Origin: a virus
Direction: 5' to 3' (one strand)
Length of the DNA stretch: 54,983 nucleotides
Virus record (IMG/VR): IMGVR_UViG_3300006948_000003
Location: 1 to 54,983 of that record
In this document: positions 1-7,922 of the stretch, in pieces
Layout: every line of letters begins with the position of its first letter
Numbering within the stretch: the first letter of the stretch is position 1
Notes under the pieces: generated by a model
Told to the model about the DNA's origin: nothing
Databases searched by the model: none
Seen by the model: the letters and a program-made list of their open reading frames with translations, nothing else
Position numbers and translations under genes: made by a program

Positions 1-123
1 CCACCCCTGATCGGCCGGCCCCGCGCGCTTCCACCCCCACGGCGCTCGGGGCCGGTCCCCTTCCCGCTCCCAGGAGAGCACCGTGACGACCCCACAAGGC
101 GACCGTCGACTCACCACCCTGCA
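1..123. repeat. Terminal direct repeat identical to 54861..54983 (circular-closure overlap or terminal redundancy)
   Basis: Read base by base; both copies run ccacccctgatcggccgg...caccaccctgca. Confidence 0.95.
13..57 (+). terminator. Stem-loop after the 54132-54859 small-ORF operon (second copy at 54873..54917)
   Basis: ggccggcccc (13-22) pairs with ggggccggtc (48-57), with one G-U pair. It lies between the stop at 54859 and the RBS of gene 83. Confidence 0.5.
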
Positions 124-1207
124 GCGCCGCCTCGTCATCGCCGTCGCCGCCGGATCCGCAGCGATCGCAGCGATCGGATTCCTCGGCTCCTACACCGCCG
201 TCCGCCGCCTCGCGCAGGCGAAGGGGTTCGGCGCCTTCGCCATGGTCTTCCCGATCGGCATCGACGCCGGGATCCTCGTGCTCCTCGCCCTCGACCTCCT
301 CCTCACCTGGCTGCGCATGCCGCTCGCCATGCTCCGCCACACCGCATGGCTCCTCACCACGGCCACGATCGCCTTCAACGGCGCGGCCGCCTGGCCCGAC
401 CCCATCGGCACCGGCATGCACGCCGTGATCCCGCTGCTGTTCGTGGTCGTCGTCGAGGCCGCCCGGCACGCGATCGGCCGCACCGCCGACATCACGGCCG
501 GCCGCCACATGGACTCCGTCCGCATGGTCCGCTGGCTCCTCGACCCGATCTCCACGTTCCGGCTGTGGCGGCGCATGAAGCTGTGGGAGCTGCGCTCCTA
601 CGACGACGTGATCCGGCTGGAGCAGTCCCGGCTCATCGAGCGCGCCCGGCTCCGCGCCCGGTACGGCCGGCGGTGGAGGAGCAAGGCTCCGGTCTCAGCG
701 GTCATGGCGTTGCGGCTCACCCGCTACGGCCGGACCCTGGCCCCGGTGAGCGGTGTCCTCGACATCGAGCACGCCCCAACGGGGACCCCGGCGATCGAGT
801 CGAGCACGTTCGAGACCGCAGCCAACCAGGCGATCACCGTCGCCACCGTCGAACCCCCGGCTACACCTGAGGACGGCCTGTCCGGACACTCGGACACCGA
901 AGCGGACACCACCCCGGACGCAGCCGGACAGCCGGACACCGAGGCGGACACGGCGTCCGGACAAGAGGACGAGACCCCCAACGCTGGCGCTCTGGCCAGC
1001 CCGGACACGCGTCCGGACAGTCCGGACCCGCTGTCCGTCCTTGCCGAGGCGGCGGCGGGACCATCCGAACTCGTCCGCGCTCTCGCCACCCACGGAGTCC
1101 CGATGAACGACCTCGTGTCCGAGGCTGTCCGGCTGCGTCCGGACATGGTCGCGGACAGCATCCGCCGCACCGCCAAGCGGCTCGAAGGCACGGGGTTCTA
1201 CCCATGA
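83..1207 (+). CDS. DUF2637-like four-TM membrane protein with a (P/A/S)DT low-complexity C-terminal region
   Basis: ORF track, 374 aa. GTG start 6 nt after AGGAGA. Four hydrophobic helices in the first ~130 aa, then an Arg-rich segment. Family assignment is from memory of actinobacterial plasmid/AICE proteins. Confidence 0.75.
   Translation: MTTPQGDRRLTTLQRRLVIAVAAGSAAIAAIGFLGSYTAVRRLAQAKGFGAFAMVFPIGIDAGILVLLALDLLLTWLRMPLAMLRHTAWLLTTATIAFNGAAAWPDPIGTGMHAVIPLLFVVVVEAARHAIGRTADITAGRHMDSVRMVRWLLDPISTFRLWRRMKLWELRSYDDVIRLEQSRLIERARLRARYGRRWRSKAPVSAVMALRLTRYGRTLAPVSGVLDIEHAPTGTPAIESSTFETAANQAITVATVEPPATPEDGLSGHSDTEADTTPDAAGQPDTEADTASGQEDETPNAGALASPDTRPDSPDPLSVLAEAAAGPSELVRALATHGVPMNDLVSEAVRLRPDMVADSIRRTAKRLEGTGFYP
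879..1157. repeat. Array of CGGACA / GTCCGGAC motifs
   Basis: 11 exact CGGACA, 2 one-mismatch copies and 4 inverted TGTCCG. Palindromes: TGTCCGGACA at 879-888 and GTCCGGAC at 955, 1011 and 1137. Confidence 0.85.
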
Positions 1208-1368
1208 TCCTCGCCATCCTCTGGCCCATGGCCGCGCTCCTCGCCGCCGTCGGCCTCCACGCCGTAGCCCCCCGCCGCGCCCCACTGCTCTACCTCGGGC
1301 CGGCCGCCTGCACCGTTGCCCTCATCACCCTCGCCGTGGCCTCCGTCACGGCCATCTGGAGCCCCTGA
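1204..1368 (+). CDS. Small membrane protein (54 aa, below the ORF-track cutoff)
   Basis: ATGA overlap with the stop of gene 83. Translation MILAILWPMAALLAAVGLH...LITLAVASVTAIWSP shows two hydrophobic helices and GC-rich third positions. It ends 2 nt before the next ATG. Confidence 0.55.
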   Translation: MILAILWPMAALLAAVGLHAVAPRRAPLLYLGPAACTVALITLAVASVTAIWSP

Positions 1369-1370
1369 CC

Positions 1371-1877
1371 ATGACCTACGTGACCATCGGCGGCGTCACC
1401 ATCGGCGTCAGCATCCTCGCCTGGACCCTCGTCCAGTGGTGGCCCGGCCAGAAGGCCATCCGCTCCGACCCCCTCCGCCAGGCCGGCCGCCTCCTGCCGT
1501 TCCTCGCAGCCTGGACGTACGGCTGCCTCATCACCCTCGGCGTGGGAGGCCTCATCGGCTGGATCGGCGACACCACCCTGTGGATCACCAACTGGCTCGG
1601 AGACGCAGCCCTGATCTGGGGTGTCGGCGGCCAGTCCGGCCAGCACAACTCAGGTGCCACATACGTGCCGTTGTCGCAGACCGGCGGGGGAGTGGTGCTG
1701 ATCCTGAGCGCCACGATGATCGCCGCGATGAAGAAGTCCAAGCACGGCAGCGCCCTGAAGATGGGCACCTGGTGCGGGATCACGCTCGGCACCAGCGCGG
1801 GCGTGGCCGGGTTCGCGGCGGCACCGATTGCGGAGGCCGCGAACTGGCTCGGTGACAAGATCTACGGGGCGTTCTGA
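1371..1877 (+). CDS. Multi-pass membrane protein
   Basis: ORF track, 168 aa, with several hydrophobic segments. TGATG junction to the next gene. Confidence 0.8.
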   Translation: MTYVTIGGVTIGVSILAWTLVQWWPGQKAIRSDPLRQAGRLLPFLAAWTYGCLITLGVGGLIGWIGDTTLWITNWLGDAALIWGVGGQSGQHNSGATYVPLSQTGGGVVLILSATMIAAMKKSKHGSALKMGTWCGITLGTSAGVAGFAAAPIAEAANWLGDKIYGAF

Positions 1878-2521
1878 TGAGCGACGAAACCGAGCAGGAG
1901 CCCGTCGAGCAGGACACCGAGGAGGCGGGGGAGCCGAGCCGGATCGGCGGCGCGATCGTCGCCCTGGTCCTGGTTGGCGTCGCTGTCCTCGTCATGAAGG
2001 CGGTCATCACCGCGGTCCCGTACGTGGCGTACTTCGTGGCTGGCCTGCTGGTCTGCCACGGCTGGCACCGGCTAGGGGCGTGGCGTGCAAGACGGCGCGA
2101 CGGACAGACGGAAGACGAGGCCGACGAGGAGGAGACGCCGGACGTCGTCGATGCTCTCCAGCACCTCGGCCGCGGCGGGAACAGCGTCCTCCTCACGCAG
2201 CTCCGCAAGCGGCTTCGGGTCGCCGACACGAAGGCCGTCAAGGCGCTGCTGAAGGACGAGGGGATCCGCGTCCGGGCGGGTGTGCGCACGTCTGCCGGGA
2301 ATGGGCCTGGGGTGCATCACGAGGACATACCGGCCCCTCCCCCCGAGGTTGAGAGTGGTCATGGTGAGGGTTGTTGTTGCACGTCAGAGCCGACAACACC
2401 AACGCCAACAACGGGTGCGGAAGAGGGGCCGGGAGAGGGGGTGGCTGTAGAGGCCATCGGCCAAGCAGGCACCCTCATCCGCGACCGCTCCGCAGCCCAG
2501 CGGCGCCACACCGTGAAGTAG
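1877..2521 (+). CDS. Membrane protein with acidic N-terminus, two TM helices and a charged cytoplasmic tail
   Basis: ORF track, 214 aa. Contains GGAIVALVLVGVAVLVMKAVITAVPYVAYFVAGLLV. Confidence 0.8.
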   Translation: MSDETEQEPVEQDTEEAGEPSRIGGAIVALVLVGVAVLVMKAVITAVPYVAYFVAGLLVCHGWHRLGAWRARRRDGQTEDEADEEETPDVVDALQHLGRGGNSVLLTQLRKRLRVADTKAVKALLKDEGIRVRAGVRTSAGNGPGVHHEDIPAPPPEVESGHGEGCCCTSEPTTPTPTTGAEEGPGEGVAVEAIGQAGTLIRDRSAAQRRHTVK

Positions 2522-2533
2522 CCGACACCACGC

Positions 2534-2572
2534 GAGAGCCCCGCCGCGAACCCCTCCCGCGGCGGGGCTCTC
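2534..2572 (+). terminator. Perfect 15-bp stem / 9-nt loop hairpin
   Basis: gagagccccgccgcg (2534-2548) pairs with cgcggcggggctctc (2558-2572), directly after the stop at 2521. Confidence 0.7.
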
Positions 2573-2590
2573 GTGCGTCACCATGGCCGT

Positions 2591-2770
2591 ATGCCCGCCT
2601 CCTTCACCTTCCACGGCGACGACAAAGACATGACCCTCGACGAGCTCGGCGACTTCGTGAAGCAGGCGCGACGCGCCGGCGTCCCGGGCGACAACCCGGT
2701 GCGGGCGGAGCTTTCGACGTCGGGGAAGATCAAGGAGGTTGAGGTCGCGTTCGACGAGGACGACGCCTGA
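2591..2770 (+). CDS. Hypothetical small acidic protein (59 aa; alternative GTG start at 2573)
   Basis: ORF track 2573..2770. ATG at 2591 gives MPASFTFHGDDKDMTLDELGDF... Confidence 0.5.
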   Translation: MPASFTFHGDDKDMTLDELGDFVKQARRAGVPGDNPVRAELSTSGKIKEVEVAFDEDDA

Positions 2771-2822
2771 CGGCCTGCCACACTGGAAGTGCGCGCCGGG
2801 TAGTGCCTGGCACCCCCTGATG

Positions 2823-2858
2823 AAGGCCCACCGTGCAACCCCCGTCGCGGTGGGCCTT
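2823..2858 (+). terminator. 11-bp stem hairpin after gene 2591-2770
   Basis: aaggcccaccg (2823-2833) pairs with cggtgggcctt (2848-2858). Confidence 0.5.
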
Positions 2859-2877
2859 CGCGCGAGAGGATGAGCGC

Positions 2878-3186
2878 ATGGACGACCACCCACTACCGCT
2901 CAGCGGGGCGCAGGCCATGGCGTTCACGCAGGCCTTCGACGACCGCCAGACCTACATCAGCGAGCAGCCCGGGCGCGTGCGGATGCGGGTCGGGTTCGAG
3001 GAGTCCGTGCCGTACCCAGGCTGCCCGTACTGCTGGCGTGACGCGGAGCAGGTGCAGTGGCATGTGCTCGCGCACGAGACGTGGACGATCGTGAAGCCAT
3101 GCGGGCACTGGTTCGTGACGGAGCGCCCGGTTATCGTGCACCGCCACGAAAGCGGCTGGGAGACATTGCAGGAGTGGCTGCCGTAG
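2878..3186 (+). CDS. Hypothetical Cys/His-containing protein (102 aa)
   Basis: ORF track 2833..3186. ATG at 2878 lies 7 nt after GAGAGGA. Contains CPYCW...CGHW. The longer start would run through the hairpin. Confidence 0.65.
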   Translation: MDDHPLPLSGAQAMAFTQAFDDRQTYISEQPGRVRMRVGFEESVPYPGCPYCWRDAEQVQWHVLAHETWTIVKPCGHWFVTERPVIVHRHESGWETLQEWLP

Positions 3187-3298
3187 CCTCCGTTCCTCGT
3201 GCTGTACGCACTCCCCGCGAGCGGATCCTCCCTCATTCCCGGGCCGGGTGTCGGTGCCGGCGGCTACGATCCCCGGCATCTACGTCCTTGGGGGGACC

Positions 3299-3577
3299 AT
3301 GCGCCGCACCACTGTTGTCTGTCTGCTCGCTGCCTGGCTTGCGCTCGCCGGATGTTCGTCGGGGAAGTCGTACGACGACACGGTCAAAGACTGTGTGGCC
3401 GCCTTGAAGGCGCGCCCGGAGGGGGACAAGGCCAAGCCGGAGGCCTGCGAGGACGTGAAGGAGGACGACTACACCACGATCGTCATGGGGATGACGATCG
3501 ACGATATGGGTGTGGTGGACGATGACGGGAACGTCGATATGGACAAGCTGCTCGACGAGGCGACCGCGACGCCGTAG
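3299..3577 (+). CDS. Lipoprotein (92 aa)
   Basis: MRRTTVVCLLAAWLALAGCSSG has an n-region, h-region and LAGC lipobox. ATG follows GGGGGGACC. Confidence 0.8.
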   Translation: MRRTTVVCLLAAWLALAGCSSGKSYDDTVKDCVAALKARPEGDKAKPEACEDVKEDDYTTIVMGMTIDDMGVVDDDGNVDMDKLLDEATATP

Positions 3578-3592
3578 CCCGGGGTGCCGAGT

Positions 3593-3621
3593 GGCCCCGC
3601 TCCTCTGCTGAGGGCGGGGCC
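3593..3621 (+). terminator. Hairpin plus T-rich tail
   Basis: ggccccgc (3593-3600) pairs with gcggggcc (3614-3621), followed by tttgtcctt. Confidence 0.65.
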
Positions 3622-3869
3622 TTTGTCCTTCCCTCGCACTCCTCAGTGCACCTAGTTGCAAAACCGCCGATCATGCCGCACCATGGCCGCAGATCTGGCA
3701 TGCCCGGAACCAGGCAAGCCACCTCGAGCAGGGACGCCGCCGACAGGCGATCGGCTATTCGCCCGTGCTGGCCAGCACCGGTTCGAATCCGGAACGGCGG
3801 CGCTCCCCGGAACCAGAAGGCACGCGGCAGGCATCATGTCTCCCGTACGCCAACGTTCCAGGGGGGAAC

Positions 3870-4247
3870 ATGCGCATCCACCGCCTCATCGCCATCGCCG
3901 CTACAGCACTCGCGCTCGCCGCGTGCACGCCCACCGAGGACAGCGGCAGCAAGAGCAGCGACCCGAAGCCCGCCAGCGGCAAGCCGGCCGATCCGAAGAA
4001 GCTCGACGACGCCGGCCAACGGGCCTGCGACGACTTCGCCCACGGCTACAACGACGGCGCGAACACCAAGACCGAGCGTCTCGACCTCGCGCACAAGGTC
4101 AACGAGTCGGCGCGCGGATCGAAGACGGACCGCATCGCCGACACCGGGCACGTTCTCGCGAACGGGGCGAACGGCAGCGCGAGTGCCTGGCAGCTCGGCG
4201 CGGACACCTTCGCTCAGGCCTGCTTGGATGCGGGCTGGAAAGCCTGA
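3870..4247 (+). CDS. Lipoprotein (125 aa)
   Basis: MRIHRLIAIAATALALAACTPTEDSG has a LAAC lipobox. ATG follows GGGGGGAAC, the same RBS layout as gene 3299. Confidence 0.8.
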   Translation: MRIHRLIAIAATALALAACTPTEDSGSKSSDPKPASGKPADPKKLDDAGQRACDDFAHGYNDGANTKTERLDLAHKVNESARGSKTDRIADTGHVLANGANGSASAWQLGADTFAQACLDAGWKA

Positions 4248-4263
4248 CCCACACTCACAGACT

Positions 4264-4299
4264 GGCCCGGCCGTGAACCCACCCCGGAGCGGCCGGGCC
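4264..4299 (+). terminator. 10-bp stem hairpin after the second lipoprotein gene
   Basis: ggcccggccg (4264-4273) pairs with cggccgggcc (4290-4299), followed by tttcc. Confidence 0.6.
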
Positions 4300-4327
4300 T
4301 TTCCACGCCCCGCCGGAGGTGACCCCC

Positions 4328-4819
4328 GTGGCCGTACGCAAGGACATGCGCCTCGTCACCGACGAGGAGAAGGCCGAGATCATCCGCCTGCACGGCGAAG
4401 GCCTCGGCCGGAACGAGATCGCCCGCCGAATCCGCCGAGCCCAGCGCACCGTGAGCCTTGTGGTCGCCGCCGAAGGCCTCGTCTTCGACGTCACCCAGAC
4501 CGAACAGGCCACCCGGCACCGCATCGCTCAGCTCGCCGACCGCCGCTCGATGCTCGCCGAGGCGCTCCAGGATGACGCCGAACGGCTCACAGAGCAGCTG
4601 TGGCAGCCAGCCAAGGTCTTCAACATCGGCGGCAGCGCGAACAAGTACACCGAGCAAGAGGTCGACGAGCCGCCCGCGGACGCGAAGAAGTCGCTCATGG
4701 CCGCCGCGGGGATCGCGATCGAGAAGTCGCTGAAGCTCGTCCCGCCGGAGCGCGAGGACTTGGAGGGCCTGGCAGCTGTCGACCAGTGGCTGAGGGGGAT
4801 GATGCCCGGCGCCGAGTGA
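4328..4819 (+). CDS. terS: Terminase small subunit candidate (HTH DNA-binding)
   Basis: ORF track 4319..4819. GTG at 4328 follows GGAGG (4315-4319). HTH-like EIIRLHGEGLGRNEIARRIRRAQRTV. Sits immediately upstream of the large terminase. Confidence 0.6.
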   Translation: MAVRKDMRLVTDEEKAEIIRLHGEGLGRNEIARRIRRAQRTVSLVVAAEGLVFDVTQTEQATRHRIAQLADRRSMLAEALQDDAERLTEQLWQPAKVFNIGGSANKYTEQEVDEPPADAKKSLMAAAGIAIEKSLKLVPPEREDLEGLAAVDQWLRGMMPGAE

Positions 4820-4832
4820 GAGGGGGCGGACG

Positions 4833-6128
4833 ATGTTCACTCCCCTCGCCGGTAAGGCGCTTCGGGCAACCCAGCTGGCCGCCGCGCGCGGGAACCTGTG
4901 GGAGGGCGCGGTCCGGTCCGGCAAGACGATCGGCTCGATCATGGTGTGGCTGAAGTACATCCGCACCGGCCCGCCCGGCGCCCTCCTCATGGTCGGCAAG
5001 ACCGAGCGCACGCTGAAGCGGAACATCATCGACGTCATCGAGCAGATGATCGGCAAGAAGCGCTGCGTCTACCGCGCGGGCGTGGGCGAGGTCGTCATCT
5101 TCGGCCGCACGATCTACGTGGCCGGCGCGAACGATGAGAAGGCCGTCGACAAGATCAAGGGCCTCACCCTCGCGGGCGCCTACATGGACGAGGTCACGAC
5201 CTACCCCCAGACGTTCTTCCAGATGCTGGAGACCCGCCTCAGTGTTGAGGGCGCGCAGTGGTTCGGCACGACGAACCCTGAGGGCCCGAACCACTGGCTG
5301 AAGAAGCAGATCCTCGACCGGGCCCGGCTGCACGTGCGCCGCGACGGAACGCTCGTCGAGTCGCAGGATCCGAGTGCACTGGACGTGCACCGCTTCAGCT
5401 TCGTCCTCGACGACAACCCCAGCCTCCCGACCGCGTACGTCGCCTCGCTGAGGCGGTCGCACCAGGGGCTGTTCTTCCGCCGATACATCCTCGGCGAGTG
5501 GTGTCTGGCGGAGGGCGTCATCTACGACGCCTTCGACGAGGCGCGGCATGTCGTCGACCTGCTGCCGGAGATCACGCGGTGGATGTGCGTGGGCCTGGAC
5601 TACGGCACGGTGAACCCGTTCGCGGCGCTACTGATCGGGCTCGGCGCGGACAGCCGGATGTACGTCGCGTCGGAGTACCGGCACGATTCGCGGACCGCTC
5701 GGAGGCAGTTGACGGACGCGCAGTACAGCGTGGGCGTGCGGCGCTGGCTGGCGTCGTACGAGCACCGGGGCACGAAGGGCGTCGCACCCAACTGGATCTT
5801 CGTAGACCCATCGGCAGCCTCGTTCATGACCCAGCTGTGGTCTGACGGCATGCCCGGCGTGGCCAAGGCGGACAACGAAGTGAAGGACGGCATCCGGTCG
5901 GTGTCCACGGCGTTCGGCGAGAACATCCTGTCCATCCACCGCTCGTGCACAGGGCTCCTCGAAGAGCTGCCGGCGTACGTGTGGGACGAGAAAGCCTCGC
6001 TCAAGGGCGTGGATCAGCCGCTGAAGGTCGACGACCACAGCGTGGACGGTTTGCGGTACGGGCTGCACAGCTCGGTGAATGAGTGGCGGCATCTGCTGCC
6101 GGTGACGAGCCTGGAGGTGGCTGCCTGA
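4833..6128 (+). CDS. terL: Terminase large subunit
   Basis: 431 aa. Walker A-like GAVRSGKT near the N-terminus. Sits between the terS candidate and the portal. Confidence 0.9.
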   Translation: MFTPLAGKALRATQLAAARGNLWEGAVRSGKTIGSIMVWLKYIRTGPPGALLMVGKTERTLKRNIIDVIEQMIGKKRCVYRAGVGEVVIFGRTIYVAGANDEKAVDKIKGLTLAGAYMDEVTTYPQTFFQMLETRLSVEGAQWFGTTNPEGPNHWLKKQILDRARLHVRRDGTLVESQDPSALDVHRFSFVLDDNPSLPTAYVASLRRSHQGLFFRRYILGEWCLAEGVIYDAFDEARHVVDLLPEITRWMCVGLDYGTVNPFAALLIGLGADSRMYVASEYRHDSRTARRQLTDAQYSVGVRRWLASYEHRGTKGVAPNWIFVDPSAASFMTQLWSDGMPGVAKADNEVKDGIRSVSTAFGENILSIHRSCTGLLEELPAYVWDEKASLKGVDQPLKVDDHSVDGLRYGLHSSVNEWRHLLPVTSLEVAA

Positions 6129-6334
6129 TGGGCACAGAGGTCACGATGCCCGTGTTCGTCCGCGTCGGCGACACCGAGGCGCAGTGGGGAACGATCACCT
6201 TCACGGATGAGGACGGCCCGCTCACCGAGTCCACGATCTGGCGGGAGATGGCGCCCTTCCTCCGGGCAGTCGCCGACCGCATGGAAAATCCGGCCGAGAC
6301 CGGCGAGGGGGTGGACGATGCCGCTCCCGAGTAA
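6128..6334 (+). CDS. Hypothetical small acidic protein (68 aa)
   Basis: ORF track 6083..6334. ATG at 6128 overlaps the terL stop (TGATG). Confidence 0.5.
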   Translation: MGTEVTMPVFVRVGDTEAQWGTITFTDEDGPLTESTIWREMAPFLRAVADRMENPAETGEGVDDAAPE

Positions 6335-7910
6335 GAACACCCCTTGGCCGCCTATCCACCCCGCCATCGCCGCCGACATGGCCGACTGGCGCGCCTGGTT
6401 CGCCGCCAACCCCGACCGGTTGTCGTATCGCTACCTCAACCGGCACCGCGACAACGGACGCTTCGGCCAGATGCAGAACCGGCCCTCCCAATACCGGGGC
6501 GGCATGGTCGGCCGCGTCGCCCGCTGGTTCTGGGGCGAGCCCACCCCGCTCGGTGAGAAGCGCGCCAACCTCCACATGCCGCTCGCCCGGGACATCGCCC
6601 GCACCTCGTCCGGCCTGCTCTACTCCGAGCCACCCACCCTGAAGGCGGAGAACAAGGCCACCCAGGAGCGTCTCGAAGAGCTGATGGACGTCGGGATGAA
6701 GCGCACCCTGATCGGCTCCGGCGCGGTCGGCTCAGCAATCGGCGGCTCCTACCTGCGGATCGTGTGGGACGACGACATCAGCGACCGCCCGTGGATCTCG
6801 ATGGTCCAAGGGGACGGCGCGCACCCCGAGTTCGCGTACGGCGAGAGGCTCCGCGCGGTCACGTTCTGGACGGTCCTCGCCGTTGACGGGCAGAAGGTCG
6901 TCCGGCACCTGGAGCGGCACGAGCCGGGCGTCATCCTGCACGGCGTGTATGAGGGCACCGAGCAGAACCTCGGCAAGCAGATCGACATGGGCGCCTTCGC
7001 GGAGACGAAGAACCTCCAGCCCGCCCGCACACTGCCGATCGGGAAGCGACTCGCCTGCACGTACATCCCGAACACCATGGTCGCCCCCGACTGGGACGAC
7101 ATCCCCGGCGCGGCCGGGCTCGGAACGAGCGACTACCAGGGCGCGGAGACGTTCCTCAGCGCGGTCGACGAGACGTGGACGTCGTGGATGCGGGACATCC
7201 GCCTCGCCAAGTCCCGGATCATCGTCCCGGCCGGCTACCTCCACTCGAACGGGCCCGGCATGGGCGCGGCGTGGGAGGACCACGAGGTCTTCGCGCAGAT
7301 GAACATCCCACCGACCGCCGACCAGTCGATCACCCTGAACCAGTTCACGATCAGGCACGAGGAGCACCGGGCCACGATCGAGGAACTCGTGGGCAAGGTG
7401 ATCCGTAACGCGGGCTACTCCGGCGGCACGTTTGGCGACGACACGGATGGGCCGGCCGCCACTGCGACGGAGATCAAGGCTCGTACGGCGCGCAGTATGA
7501 CCACCCGGGCGGAGAAGGCCGAGCTGGCGGCGACGAGGATCGCCGACGTCGTCGAGGTGCTCCTCATGCTGGAGGCGTCCGGCATGTTCCCGGGCGTGGC
7601 TGGCGTTGAGGTCGAGCGGCCCGACGTCGTCTTCCAGGACTCCGTGCAGGACGACATCAAGACCCTGGCCGAGACGGCGGCGCTGCTGCAGCAGGCGGAG
7701 GCCGCGTCGACCGAGGCGAAGGTGGCGCTTCTGCACCCGGACTGGGACGAGCGCGAGCAGCTGGAGGAGGTGACCCGGATCCAGAAGGAGACGGGGCGCC
7801 TGGTCGAGGATCCGCTCACGCTCGGCGCTGACCGCCCGCAGTTCGGTGCGCAGGACGGCGAGGAGCCGACTGACGAGGGCGACCCGGCGGGCACAGCCTC
7901 CGAGGAGTAG
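6318..7910 (+). CDS. Portal protein
   Basis: ORF track 6207..7910. ATG at 6318 gives MPLPSKNTPWPP... (530 aa). Size and position after terL fit a portal. The upstream part of the ORF is Arg/Pro-rich shadow. Confidence 0.85.
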   Translation: MPLPSKNTPWPPIHPAIAADMADWRAWFAANPDRLSYRYLNRHRDNGRFGQMQNRPSQYRGGMVGRVARWFWGEPTPLGEKRANLHMPLARDIARTSSGLLYSEPPTLKAENKATQERLEELMDVGMKRTLIGSGAVGSAIGGSYLRIVWDDDISDRPWISMVQGDGAHPEFAYGERLRAVTFWTVLAVDGQKVVRHLERHEPGVILHGVYEGTEQNLGKQIDMGAFAETKNLQPARTLPIGKRLACTYIPNTMVAPDWDDIPGAAGLGTSDYQGAETFLSAVDETWTSWMRDIRLAKSRIIVPAGYLHSNGPGMGAAWEDHEVFAQMNIPPTADQSITLNQFTIRHEEHRATIEELVGKVIRNAGYSGGTFGDDTDGPAATATEIKARTARSMTTRAEKAELAATRIADVVEVLLMLEASGMFPGVAGVEVERPDVVFQDSVQDDIKTLAETAALLQQAEAASTEAKVALLHPDWDEREQLEEVTRIQKETGRLVEDPLTLGADRPQFGAQDGEEPTDEGDPAGTASEE

Positions 7911-7922
7911 CGGGGAGGCGGT

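Noticed and set aside
3735-3803. Possible tRNA gene, based on the canonical GGTTCGAATCC T-loop
   Set aside because: The span is only about 68 nt and no anticodon stem-loop can be drawn. The T-stem has a mismatch and there is no CCA. I keep it only as a tRNA-like fragment in the findings.
3646-4575. 309-aa + strand ORF spanning the lipoprotein region
   Set aside because: It is an Arg/Pro/Ala-rich shadow frame. It crosses a terminator hairpin and overlaps the lipoprotein and terS genes, which have proper signals.
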